This document shows positions 28,421 through 37,802 of a stretch of DNA of 64,000 nucleotides, piece after piece; position 1 is the first letter of the stretch; each line of letters opens with the position of its first letter. Made by a program: the position numbers and the translations under genes. Source of the stretch: Candidatus Dormiibacterota bacterium (lineage in GTDB: Bacteria; Chloroflexota; Dormibacteria; Aeolococcales; Bog-877); the NCBI GenBank assembly GCA_049279335.1, contig JBAPNX010000007.1:7013-71012 (forward strand). Direction: 5' to 3'. The notes beneath the pieces are model-generated. The model did not search any database and was not told where the DNA came from. It worked only from the letters and a program-made list of their open reading frames with translations.

Positions 28421-29143
28421 CTAGAGTGTGCGTAAAGTGTCAGGAACCATCGCCCTGGGTGCCGAAGCCATGACGATGGTTCCCTGATTCACCCTTGACC
28501 GCACTCTGAGTCGACCCTGGACCGACCGGATCCGCTCTGCCATTTCAAGAAAACCAGTGCCCGAACTTCCGGATTCGCGCTTCTCCCCGAGGCCGATACC
28601 GTTGTCCCGGACGGTGAGGATGAGGCGGGCGCCGCGCTGAATCAGGCGCACCCTGATGGCGGTGGCAGCAGCATGTTCGTCGGCATTTTTGAGTGCGGCC
28701 TCGGCCACCCGGTACAGCGCGATGTCAACCTCGGGCTGCTGACCCCGGCTCATGGTTCTCACGTCACTCTCCGCCATGACGCCGGCCTTCGCGGCGAACT
28801 CCGACGTCAGCTGGCGAAGTGCGGCCCCCAGACCGATGTCATCCAGGACGGAAGGCCGGAGGATCCGAGCGATCCGTCTCAATTGTTCGCTGACGGCGGC
28901 TGCCTGCAGGCCCGCGTCTCGTGCCGCCTGGGCTACCACCGGAGGGGTGCCGGGCATGCCCTCAACACTCCGAAGTGCGCGTGAGATGTGAGCCAGTGCT
29001 TGCACCGGCTCATCGTTCAGCAGCTCCGCGAGGCGGCGCCGCTCCGCCTCCGCCTCCTTGAGGACGTGGGCCACACCCGACAGGTGATCGGAACCGAGAT
29101 GTGCACTGGCATCGTCCTGGGGAAGTCGCGAGTTCTGGATCAT
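28421..29143 (-). CDS. Orphan histidine kinase (HisKA_3 + HATPase_c, no sensor domain)
   Basis: 240 aa; H-box 'EPVQALAHISRAL', G-boxes 'VRDNGIGL' and 'GTGFLEMAERI'; ATGA overlap with the regulator gene. Confidence 0.7.
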   Translation of the reverse strand: MIQNSRLPQDDASAHLGSDHLSGVAHVLKEAEAERRRLAELLNDEPVQALAHISRALRSVEGMPGTPPVVAQAARDAGLQAAAVSEQLRRIARILRPSVLDDIGLGAALRQLTSEFAAKAGVMAESDVRTMSRGQQPEVDIALYRVAEAALKNADEHAAATAIRVRLIQRGARLILTVRDNGIGLGEKRESGSSGTGFLEMAERIRSVQGRLRVRSRVNQGTIVMASAPRAMVPDTLRTL

Positions 29144-29808
29144 TGTGCCTCGGTTGACTCGATCGAGACGATCCCGTGATTGGCCGCGTAGACGACGGCC
29201 TCGGTCCTCGAGTTCACCCTCAGCTTCTCGAAGATGTTGTGGAGGTGACCTTCTACCGTTCGCAAGCTGATGCCCAGATCTCGCGCGATCTCCTTATTGG
29301 AGTGGCCCAGAGCGATCTCGCGCAGCACGGCAAGCTCACGTGAGCTGATCCGATCGCTCGCGCGCGCTGGCTCGACCCGGGACTGGGCCAACCGCCGCGA
29401 CAGGCTGGGGCTGAGAACCAGGGAACCCGCCGCCACCGCCCGGACGCCCTCTACAAGCTCGCGGGCCGGTGCTGTCTTGAGGATGTAGCCCACCGCCCCG
29501 GCCGCTAACGCCTCGCGGACGTAGTCCTCGTCCTCATGGGCGCTGACGATGATCACTTTGGTGTCCGGCGCTTGGGCCAATATCTGACGGGCGGCTTCCA
29601 CCCCATTGACGCCCGGCATTCGCATGTCCATGAGGACCACCTGCGGCCGCAGCTCCAGGACCAGTCGAACTGCCTCCTCGCCGCGGGACGCCTCACCAAT
29701 CACAGTCAAGTCAGGGTTGCCGGCCAGGATCTGCCGGGTGCCCTCCCGTACCAGGGCGTGATCCTCGGCTAGGACAATGGTGGTTGAGCTGGGGCTGGAT
29801 CCAGTCAT
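29140..29808 (-). CDS. NarL/LuxR-family response regulator (DevR/DosR-like)
   Basis: REC domain 'IVLAEDHALVREG...VVLMDMRMPG' + LuxR HTH 'LSSRELAVLREIALGHSNKEIARDLGISLRTVEGHLHNI'. Confidence 0.85.
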   Translation of the reverse strand: MTGSSPSSTTIVLAEDHALVREGTRQILAGNPDLTVIGEASRGEEAVRLVLELRPQVVLMDMRMPGVNGVEAARQILAQAPDTKVIIVSAHEDEDYVREALAAGAVGYILKTAPARELVEGVRAVAAGSLVLSPSLSRRLAQSRVEPARASDRISSRELAVLREIALGHSNKEIARDLGISLRTVEGHLHNIFEKLRVNSRTEAVVYAANHGIVSIESTEAQ

Positions 29809-29827
29809 GAGATCGACGCTACCCTCT

Positions 29828-31570
29828 TCACTCTTGATCCGCCCCAGTGGAATCACCTGTTGTGGCCGCGTGGTTGCCACCCGACTCGTTCAGAGGCTCG
29901 GCTGGAGATGTGGCGACCACAAGAGTGCCTCGGCCCGGTCGCGACCAGATTCGGAGCCAGCCTCCACTGAGCTCAACGCGCTCGCGCATGCCAACGGTTC
30001 CCAACCCCGGTGGAACCTGGTGGACCCCGCTGGCTACGAAGCCGACCCCGTCGTCCGCGATCCTCAGCTTCAGTTGAGCGCCCCTGGCGATCAGCTCCAG
30101 CCGAGTGCGACGCGCCATGGCGTGACGCTCCACGTTGCTCAGAGCCTCCTGCGCTACCCGGAGGAAGCTGCGCTCGAGCTCGGGAGCCCATCTCCTGGCC
30201 GGACCGCTGACCCACAGGTCCACCTCAACCCCGGTCTTTGTCTGGAAGCGCTTACCGAGTTCATCCAGGGCGGCGGGTAGTCCCTCTTGCTCCAGGATCT
30301 CGGAACGCAAGCCTTCAGTGAGCTGACGCAGGCCATCCACGACCGCCACGGCCAGCTCCCTGGTCTGCTCCAGCTGCCTGGCAGCCGGTCCCGAGACCCT
30401 GGCCTCCATCGCCATCGCCTCCAGCCGTCGGGATAGGTAGATCAAAGCCTGAACCGGCTCGTCGTGTAGGTCTCTGGCAATTCGGTGCCGCTCCTCGATC
30501 ACCGCCAGTTGCCGGGCTTGGTCCTGGGCTCGGAGGTAATCAATCGCCAGCGTCGCTTGGCTGGCGAAGCTCTCCAGCAGCTTCAGCGCCTTCGCGCCAT
30601 AGGCAGGGTCGTCCTCCGAGCGGTTGAGGATGATCGTCCCCTGGATCGCATCTCGGCCCAGCAGTGGTACCACCATCTGCACTCCCACTTTGAGTCCCGC
30701 GTCAGTCACGAAACTCTGGTATTGGTCCCCCGAGCCTGGGCGCACCATCAGAGGAGATCCGGATTTCAAGACGCTGTGAGATGCGCTGGCGGATGCCTTG
30801 GGCCGAGTATTCAGCAGTGCCTCCGCACCAACCCCATCGGCAGCCACCACCTGAAGAGTTGAGGAGGTAGGCTCCACCGGCAACACGATGGCGGCCAAGT
30901 CAGCGTGGCTCAGTTCGCGAGCGCTGCGAACGATCGCCGTCAACAGGCCCTGCTGCGAGTCGCCCGCCAGGAGGGCGGTGGTTATCTCGTGGATTGCACC
31001 CAGCCAGTGATCGCGCTGCTCGAGCTCCTGATAGAGCTGGGCGTTAGCGATGGCCGCTCCTGCCTGGGTCGCGAGGGTCAATACCGCCGCCTCGTCGGCG
31101 GTGGTGAACGGCTTCCCACCCTGTTTCTCGGTCAGATAGAGGTTGCCAAAGACCTTGCCCAGGGCGCGCACCGGGGCTCCAAGGAAGGAGGTCATAGGTG
31201 GGTGGTGGGCCGGGAAGCCCACCGAGCGAGGATCGTCCTGAAGGCGGGTCAGGCGCAGCGGCTTCTGATCCCGGATGAGCGCGCCCAGAATCCCCTTCCC
31301 GGTCGGAGTGTTACCGATCGCTAGCCGCTCCGCATCGCTCATCCCTAAGTTGATGAATTCGGCGATGCTGCCATCTGGTCCGGTCACCCCTAGGGCCCCG
31401 TAACGGGCTTCGGTGATCTCCATGGCAATTTCCACCAGCCGGCGCAGGAGAACGGGTAAGGAGAGTTCGGAGGCAAGCAGAACCCCGGCCTCGAGCAGAG
31501 CGGAGTGACTGCTGCCTGCAGGAGGACGGCCCGGGGTCTCCCCAGCGAAACTCATATCCAGACAGCGCAT
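29828..31570 (-). CDS. Double-GAF sensor histidine kinase (DevS/DosT-like haem-based gas sensor)
   Basis: 580 aa; GAF-A with 'FPAHHPPMTSFLGAPV', second GAF, HisKA_3 'ERHRIARDLHDEPVQAL', HATPase_c. Confidence 0.75.
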   Translation of the reverse strand: MRCLDMSFAGETPGRPPAGSSHSALLEAGVLLASELSLPVLLRRLVEIAMEITEARYGALGVTGPDGSIAEFINLGMSDAERLAIGNTPTGKGILGALIRDQKPLRLTRLQDDPRSVGFPAHHPPMTSFLGAPVRALGKVFGNLYLTEKQGGKPFTTADEAAVLTLATQAGAAIANAQLYQELEQRDHWLGAIHEITTALLAGDSQQGLLTAIVRSARELSHADLAAIVLPVEPTSSTLQVVAADGVGAEALLNTRPKASASASHSVLKSGSPLMVRPGSGDQYQSFVTDAGLKVGVQMVVPLLGRDAIQGTIILNRSEDDPAYGAKALKLLESFASQATLAIDYLRAQDQARQLAVIEERHRIARDLHDEPVQALIYLSRRLEAMAMEARVSGPAARQLEQTRELAVAVVDGLRQLTEGLRSEILEQEGLPAALDELGKRFQTKTGVEVDLWVSGPARRWAPELERSFLRVAQEALSNVERHAMARRTRLELIARGAQLKLRIADDGVGFVASGVHQVPPGLGTVGMRERVELSGGWLRIWSRPGRGTLVVATSPAEPLNESGGNHAATTGDSTGADQE

Positions 31571-31947
31571 CGTAACGCGCCCAAAACCAAGCCAGCGCCA
31601 GCTCTGGCCCAGCCGCCGGCTTGGGTGGGTCGCCGGGGCCGAGCCACCGCTGACCTTTGGCCGCCTAGATCAATGCTGGCGGGCACGCACGAGATCCGAT
31701 GGACTCGGCCCATCGAGGCACCGATTTCGGGATCACCTTCGCCGGCTCTGCCAGCAGCGGCGTCCACGACACGCTGGCGCTTGGCTACTCAAGGTCGGCT
31801 GACGACCGCACTTCGGCGCTGTTCGTAGGAGCGCTCGGGGACCGCCAAAGTTGGACCAGCTGCTCGGTCCGGCTCGGCCGGGCTGCGCCCGTGCCGGTTT
31901 CTCCCGGCAAGGAGATCTGACTTGCGAGGGCGGAGGTTCACGCCAGA

Positions 31948-32910
31948 CTAGGTGACGCTGGGGAGCCCCCCTATGGCGGAGGGTTCTTCATGGCGGGGCA
32001 CTACGTTGGGTCGCGGCCGGGGTCGACCCCAGGCAACTCCTATCAGCATGATGACGCCGCCCAGGAGTTGCAGCGGCAGGATCGGCTCGCCGATCAGAAT
32101 CCCGGCCGCGATCACCGAGAAGAAGGGCTGCAGGTAGACGTAGACGGCGGTACGAGCGGGTCCCAGCCGGCGTACACCGAGCAGGTAGAGCCAGCTGGTC
32201 AATACCAGGGCCAGCATCGTGCTGTACCCGAGCAGGCCAAGCCAGTACCACGTCACGTGGGGATGGCGCCCCAACGCTTCGAGAAATCCCAAGGGGAGCA
32301 GCATGAGGGCCCCCAGCATGGTGACGAACGCCGAGAGTGTGAGTGGTCCATAGCGACCCAAGAGGCGGGGAAGCAGCAGCAAATACACAGCCCAGCTGAG
32401 GGGATTCCCGAGTGCGATCACGACACCCAGCCAACTCGACCAGGCGCCCGCGCCGACTACCAGAACGAGCCCGGCGAAACCCAGGAAGAGGCCGACCCAG
32501 ACTCTCAATCCGAAGCGCTCACGGCGCCGCCAGACAAACCAGCTTGCCACCAGGAGCGGGGTGATTCCCGAGATCATCGCCACGTTGTCAGGGTTGGTGA
32601 GCGAGAGAGCCACCGTGAAGCTGGACTGGTTGATCACCACTCCGGTGAGCGCTGCTGCCACGATCAGGAGCGCGTCCCTACCGCGTGGCAGCACCAACCG
32701 GCCCTCCAGACGATGGGCCAAGCCCAACAGGGCCAGGCCCCCGACGAGATAGCGGATGGCGGAGTAGGTGAGAGGCCCGCTGTCGACAAGCCCTAGCTTG
32801 ACGACAACTACGTTGACGCTCCAGAGGACGGTGGCGGACAGGACCAGTGCATCGCCCCAACCAACTGTTTCACCCAGCCGGAGGCCACCCCCACTCGCAC
32901 CTGAACTCAC
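31948..32910 (-). CDS. EamA/DMT-family transporter (paralog 2)
   Basis: 320 aa, 10 TM; alignable throughout with the 16361-17350 protein. Confidence 0.8.
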   Translation of the reverse strand: MSSGASGGGLRLGETVGWGDALVLSATVLWSVNVVVVKLGLVDSGPLTYSAIRYLVGGLALLGLAHRLEGRLVLPRGRDALLIVAAALTGVVINQSSFTVALSLTNPDNVAMISGITPLLVASWFVWRRRERFGLRVWVGLFLGFAGLVLVVGAGAWSSWLGVVIALGNPLSWAVYLLLLPRLLGRYGPLTLSAFVTMLGALMLLPLGFLEALGRHPHVTWYWLGLLGYSTMLALVLTSWLYLLGVRRLGPARTAVYVYLQPFFSVIAAGILIGEPILPLQLLGGVIMLIGVAWGRPRPRPNVVPRHEEPSAIGGLPSVT

Positions 32911-33187
32911 TATGGCAAGGATAAAGAGGAGGGCTATTGAGTCAGCGCGATCCGGAATTGGAGGGCGGCGGAGCCCACCGATCTCAGTCGAGCCCTACCG
33001 CACAGCGCCCTTCAGCCCCATCCGCAGCCGAGCACTGCGCCGGGAGTCAGCGGATCGCTGAGTCCCTCTCGCAGTCATTTGTGGCTTCGCCTGTCGCGCC
33101 GGCCCGCGACCACTGCAGCAACTGAAAGATTCCCCACCGCCATCCCTCCTACCTTGCGGCTCGGCGGATCCATGATCTAATCGAGGA

Positions 33188-33997
33188 GTGCCAAAGCCGC
33201 TGAGCGCTGCGCTGTTGGCTGCAGCCCAACGTCTCGCCGCCGCTGGCTGTGTCGCCGCCCAGGAGGAGGCGGAACTGCTAGTGGCCGCGGCCAATGGCGA
33301 TGAGGAGTTACTGGTCGAATTGGTGGAGCGGCGGACAACCGGCGAGCCGCTGGCCTGGATCACTGGAGTAGCGCAATTCTGCGACTGCTTGGTGGCCATC
33401 ACGCCCGGCGTGTTCGTACCTCGCTGGCAGAGTGAGCGGCTGGCGGAGAGGGCTGCACAGCTGCTGCCTCCCCAGGGTCGGGCCGTCGACCTCGGCACCG
33501 GCAGTGGTGCGATTGCGATGGTAATGGCGGCCCGCCGTCCCGACGCTTCAGTGATCGGTGTCGAGCCCGATCCGATCGCGGCCGAGTGTGCGCGCAGAAA
33601 CGGCGTCACGGTCGTGCAAGGTGATCTTTTCGAGGCGGTTCCCAGGTCGTGGAGAGGGAAGGTCGACCTGGTTGTCGGTGTGCTTCCCTATGTCCCTACC
33701 GGAGAGATCCCCTACCTCCCTCGCGACGTGCCCGCGTTCGAGCCTCTCTCGGCTCTCGACGGGGGTAGTGATGGCCTGTGCCTCATTCGTCGCGCGGTCC
33801 GCGAGTCGCCCCAGTGGCTTCGGAACGGGGGCCACATCCTTCTGGAGATTGGCGGTGATCAGCCGCGTCAGCTCACTCCGGTTCTCGAGATGTCGGGTTT
33901 CAGCTCTGTCCGAGTTGCTGTCGATGAGGAGGGGGATCCCAGAGGTGTGGAGGCGGTCGCCATCTCCCGAACCTCGAACTATCGCGAAAACGCATGA
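33188..33997 (+). CDS. HemK/PrmC-related protein N5-glutamine methyltransferase-like
   Basis: SAM motif 'VDLGTGSGAIAM'; 'VGVLPYVP' replaces the canonical NPPY. Confidence 0.6.
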   Translation: MPKPLSAALLAAAQRLAAAGCVAAQEEAELLVAAANGDEELLVELVERRTTGEPLAWITGVAQFCDCLVAITPGVFVPRWQSERLAERAAQLLPPQGRAVDLGTGSGAIAMVMAARRPDASVIGVEPDPIAAECARRNGVTVVQGDLFEAVPRSWRGKVDLVVGVLPYVPTGEIPYLPRDVPAFEPLSALDGGSDGLCLIRRAVRESPQWLRNGGHILLEIGGDQPRQLTPVLEMSGFSSVRVAVDEEGDPRGVEAVAISRTSNYRENA

Positions 33998-34091
33998 CCG
34001 GAGGTCGACTGGGGGCTGGACCACCGAATTGAAGGCCGGCAGCTCGCTGGCACCGGGCACTCAGCTGGCCCCAAATGAAGAGGCTGCCGGC

Positions 34092-34562
34092 ATGAGCCAG
34101 CGCCCATCTTTTGTGACCCGGCGGGCACTGACCCTGGACGGGCCTGCAATCGCCGAGATCTACCTCCGAGCGGTCCGTCAGGCGATGCCCTGGCTGCGGC
34201 TTGCGCACGATGACACCCATATCAGGGCCTGGTTTGCCGACGAACATCCGGTCCGACATGAGGTGTGGCTGGCAGAGGCCGGTGGTTCGGTCAGCGCCTT
34301 CGTGGCCCTCAGCCTGGACAGGGGGTGGGTTGATCATCTGTACGTCGACCCAAGTTTTCAAGGCTGTGGCCAGGGAAGTGAGCTGATCGCGCTGGCTCAG
34401 TCTCTTTCATCGGGCACGTTGCGTCTTTGGGCTTTTCAGCGCAACTTACCGGCTCGGAGCTTCTACGAGCATCGCGGCTTTAGGGCGGTCGAATTCGGTG
34501 ACGGCAGCGCCAACGAGGAAGGTGAACCGGACGTGCTGTACCTCTGGCAGCGCTCCGGGTGA
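34092..34562 (+). CDS. GNAT family N-acetyltransferase
   Basis: 156 aa from ATG 34092; 'VDPSFQGCGQGSELIAL' acetyl-CoA motif A. Confidence 0.7.
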   Translation: MSQRPSFVTRRALTLDGPAIAEIYLRAVRQAMPWLRLAHDDTHIRAWFADEHPVRHEVWLAEAGGSVSAFVALSLDRGWVDHLYVDPSFQGCGQGSELIALAQSLSSGTLRLWAFQRNLPARSFYEHRGFRAVEFGDGSANEEGEPDVLYLWQRSG

Positions 34563-34617
34563 GGAGATCGGTTGGGAGTGGGGCGCATCGGTGTGATCGA
34601 AAACGCCGGCTCAGTCG

Positions 34618-35493
34618 CTAGCGAGGGCTGCCGTAAGTGCGACTGCGCTCATCCCGCCCGGTTGGAATCGCATCTTTCACTGCCTGGAGCGTGTAGCTGT
34701 GGGCAAGGCGCCACGGGCGGTCTGCCAGCCTGTATTCGCCGCCCTCTATTTGCTCCATCTGGCCAGGAAGGGCATCCCAGGGCACGCTGTCGTGCTCGAC
34801 AAGTCCGGTGATCCTCATGCCCTGATCAAGCAAGGCGGTGATCAACTGGCCCAGACCGTGATTCCACGAGTGGGTGGTGTTGTGCACGAAGGTCACGTCA
34901 GTTTCCACATAGGTGCCGGGCTCGGTCCAGACCGAGGCCTCGGGCCGCTCGAAGTAGGGATACTCGACCGCTAGCAATCGGTCCGGTCGCACGTCGTCTA
35001 GCGACCACAGCATCGGATGCCCCTCTCGCACGAACAGTCGACCGCCTGGGGCCAGCAACTCGGCCACGATGCTGGCCCACCGCCCGATGTCAGGCAACCA
35101 GCAAAGTGCCCCGTTGCCGGTGTAGACGAGGTCAAACCTTCCCGCCCCGAGGGCTGCCACCGCGTCATACAAGTCCGCTTCGAAGAATTCAATATTCGCT
35201 GATGTCGCCGAGGCAAGCCGCCGGGCTTCGGCGAGCGCGGCTGGCGAGAAATCCAAGCCGCTCATGCGCGCGCCGAGGCGAGCCAGCGAAACGGTGTCGG
35301 TACCGATGTGGCACTGCAGGTGCACGCCGCGGAGGCCACGCACATCTCCGAGGCGAGGGAGGTCAAAGCGCACCACCCGGCTCAGATAATGTGGATCCTC
35401 GAGAAAACGAGAGACCGCGTAACCAGCTGACCGGGCGTGAGCGGGTGCTCGCTCGTCCCAATTAGCCAGGTTGACCGTGCGGTAGTCGTCCAC
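34618..35493 (-). CDS. Class I SAM-dependent methyltransferase
   Basis: 'VHLQCHIGTDTVSLARLGARMSGLDFS' motif I region, 'DLVYTGNGAL' motif. Confidence 0.7.
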   Translation of the reverse strand: MDDYRTVNLANWDERAPAHARSAGYAVSRFLEDPHYLSRVVRFDLPRLGDVRGLRGVHLQCHIGTDTVSLARLGARMSGLDFSPAALAEARRLASATSANIEFFEADLYDAVAALGAGRFDLVYTGNGALCWLPDIGRWASIVAELLAPGGRLFVREGHPMLWSLDDVRPDRLLAVEYPYFERPEASVWTEPGTYVETDVTFVHNTTHSWNHGLGQLITALLDQGMRITGLVEHDSVPWDALPGQMEQIEGGEYRLADRPWRLAHSYTLQAVKDAIPTGRDERSRTYGSPR

Positions 35494-35587
35494 AGCGGGC
35501 GATTATCCCAGCGCCCGCGTTGCGGCTGGGGGCCGACCGCACGCTCGGACGTGTCATCGCCGAGCGTGCGACCAAACCCATTCCCAG

Positions 35588-36379
35588 CTAGATCGAGGCC
35601 GCCGGGTCGGAGGCCTGGGGCTCCACCTCATCCTCAGCTAGGGTCTTGTAGAGGTTCTGCCTCGTCTCCTTCATCAGCTGGGTAGCCTTCGCCACCTGAG
35701 CTGGACTTCCGGCGTGTGCGACCTGGATGGTCGCTCCGATCGTCTGTCGCATCAGGGAGAGCAGCTGGTGAACATCGTCCCCAACTGCTCCTGACACGTC
35801 CTCCCAGGGGGATCCGAACTCGGTCCGGTGCTCCTCGGTGTAGGTCTTGCCGAGCTCGGTCAAGGTGTATAGGCGCTGACCGTCGTTCTCCTGGGAGCGA
35901 ACCATTCCCTCATCCTCCAGTTGCTGGAGAGCGGGGTACACGGAGCCGGGGCTGGGACTCCAGACGCCCTTGCTGCGCTCGGTTATCTCCTGCATGATCT
36001 GGTAGCCGTTGCGGGGTTGCTCGGCGAGTAGCAGTAGGGTGGCGGCCCGGACATTCCCACGTGGGATCCGCCGCCTCCGCGCGCCCCTCATGCGGCCCCC
36101 GAATCCCCCGCGGAACGAGCCACCAAAGTCTCCCGGCCCAAAGGGACCGAACCTGCCGCGGCTGCGCCGACCGGTTCCGGCGGGATCAACTGGACCAGTT
36201 CCGTGGTCGTGGTCCAAGGGTCCCGACCTGCCGTGGCCGTGCCGACCCCTTCCACCGGGATCGCGCGGACGCAACTTGTGCTCGTGGTCAACCTGAAAAT
36301 CGTGCATCGTCTTCTCCGTCTGCATATCGTTGATATATACGACACCATCACAATAGCTCATCGATATATCGAAAGTCAA
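35588..36379 (-). CDS. PadR-family transcriptional regulator (N-terminal Gly/Arg-rich extension; true start possibly 36091)
   Basis: 'AATLLLLAEQPRNGYQIMQEITERSKGVWSPSPGSVYPALQQLEDEGMV' winged-helix PadR core. Confidence 0.65.
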   Translation of the reverse strand: MTFDISMSYCDGVVYINDMQTEKTMHDFQVDHEHKLRPRDPGGRGRHGHGRSGPLDHDHGTGPVDPAGTGRRSRGRFGPFGPGDFGGSFRGGFGGRMRGARRRRIPRGNVRAATLLLLAEQPRNGYQIMQEITERSKGVWSPSPGSVYPALQQLEDEGMVRSQENDGQRLYTLTELGKTYTEEHRTEFGSPWEDVSGAVGDDVHQLLSLMRQTIGATIQVAHAGSPAQVAKATQLMKETRQNLYKTLAEDEVEPQASDPAASI

Positions 36380-36592
36380 GGAATCGAGCCGGTCGCGCTG
36401 AGGGTTGGCTGTGGGCGCGATCGGGACGAAGGCCTGACTAATCGAGCCGGTCTCGACCAGTTGATGCAGGTTGCAGCCGCGCGCCCATGCCGAGGTCGGA
36501 CACCGCCTCAGCGCTTAGAACGCTCCTTACAGGGATCGCGCGCCTGATATGGGAACGCCACCAGGCTGCAGCCAGCCCTCACCGGCCGTATC

Positions 36593-37108
36593 TCAGCCGG
36601 AGAGGAGGCGGGTGTAGAGCCGATGGGTCGATTGGTCAAAGGCGACCAGGATCACTTCCTCGATCCGTCCTGTCCGAGCTTCCCGGATGGCCTGGACCGC
36701 TATTTGCGCGGCTAGGTGAGACGGGTATCCGAAGATCCCTGTGGAGATCGCAGGGAAGGCGATGGTCCGCACGCCTAGTTCGTCCCCCAGCCGAAGTGCG
36801 GCGTGGTAGCAGGATCTCAGCTGAGCTGGCTCCTCACGATCCCCGCCACACCAAACCGGCCCAACCGCATGGATGACCCACTTCACCGGCAGGCGGTAGC
36901 CCTTTGTGGCTTTGGCGTTGCCCACTTCGCAGCCGCCCAGAAGGCGGCACTCCGCGACCAGCCCTGGCCCGGCGGCCCGATGAATTGCGCCGTCGACGCC
37001 GCCACCGCCCAAGAGGCTCGGGTTGGCGGCGTTGACCACCGCGTCCACCCTCAAGGTGGTGATGTCCGCCAGCTCGGCCCGAATCACCGGCGCTGTCATC
37101 TTGTCCAC
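36593..37108 (-). CDS. Macro-domain protein (O-acetyl-ADP-ribose deacetylase / ADP-ribose binding)
   Basis: 'VDAVVNAANPSLLGGGGVDGAIHRAAG' macro-domain signature. Confidence 0.85.
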   Translation of the reverse strand: MDKMTAPVIRAELADITTLRVDAVVNAANPSLLGGGGVDGAIHRAAGPGLVAECRLLGGCEVGNAKATKGYRLPVKWVIHAVGPVWCGGDREEPAQLRSCYHAALRLGDELGVRTIAFPAISTGIFGYPSHLAAQIAVQAIREARTGRIEEVILVAFDQSTHRLYTRLLSG

Positions 37109-37155
37109 CAGTGTCCAACGTCCGGGGCGTGTCCGCGGGCGCTGGTCGACCTTCG

Positions 37156-37764
37156 TCAGGCGGTCGGGCCCGTCGGTCGGACCAGGAAGATCCAGATGTC
37201 CCAGATCACATGGCTAACGATGAGGGCAGGCATGGGCGCGCCGGCCGCTGCCAGTCCGGACCAGCCCGCGCCAGCAATGGTGGCCGCCCCCACCAGGGTT
37301 GGATTCCCGGTGCTGAGGTGGGCGCCGCCGTACAGACCGGCGGCCAGGGCTGCCCCTCCGGTCCTTCCGTAGCGCTCAGTCAGCGCCCCTTGCAGGAGTC
37401 CGCGCCAGAAGAGTTCCTCAGCGGGCGCGATTGCGAGCCCCAGCCGCATTACCAGCTCCGCTCGGGGCCGCAACTGGCGGAGCTGATAGATGTCACCGAT
37501 GTCCTGCTCGCCCTGGGGCATGAACGCCCGGGCAGCCCGATCCCCGATCGCGAACACGCCATAGAGCCCGGCGGCGATAGCGGATCCGAGGGCGAGGTCG
37601 ACCGGCCGCGCTCGCTGGCGGCGCAGGTCTCGGCTGTTGAAGAGTGAGCTGGCGCCAAGCGCGAGAGCGGTCGTCGTCATCCTGTGCCAGAACTGTGGCC
37701 TCGGGCCACGAAAGGTGGCTGCGAAGGCGAGGTAAGCGAATACGCCGCTGGCCGCCACCACTGC
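37156..37764 (-). CDS. CPBP-family intramembrane metalloprotease (CAAX protease-like)
   Basis: 'EELFWRGLLQ' motif 1, 'HLSTGN' and 'HVIWD' His motifs; start placed after the upstream gene stop, so the long annotated N-terminus is likely spurious. Confidence 0.55.
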   Translation of the reverse strand, partial: AVVAASGVFAYLAFAATFRGPRPQFWHRMTTTALALGASSLFNSRDLRRQRARPVDLALGSAIAAGLYGVFAIGDRAARAFMPQGEQDIGDIYQLRQLRPRAELVMRLGLAIAPAEELFWRGLLQGALTERYGRTGGAALAAGLYGGAHLSTGNPTLVGAATIAGAGWSGLAAAGAPMPALIVSHVIWDIWIFLVRPTGPTA

Positions 37765-37802
37765 GGTCGAGGGTCGCTCAGGAAGTCGCACTCCGCCCTG
37801 GC

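Noticed and set aside
31830-31870. GGACC-N8-GGTCC palindrome upstream of the DevS-like operon as a DosR box
   Set aside because: Does not match the 20-bp DosR consensus (TTSGGGACTWWAGTCCCSAA) in spacing or flanks, so no claim is made.
31990-32796. 268-aa + strand ORF antisense to the EamA transporter
   Set aside because: Extremely charged, low-complexity composition (Glu/Arg/Gln/His runs); the antisense partner has clear transporter features.
32995-33609. 204-aa minus-strand ORF between the EamA and HemK-like genes
   Set aside because: Ala/Ser/Arg-rich low-complexity sequence, overlaps the HemK-like gene on the opposite strand, no motifs.
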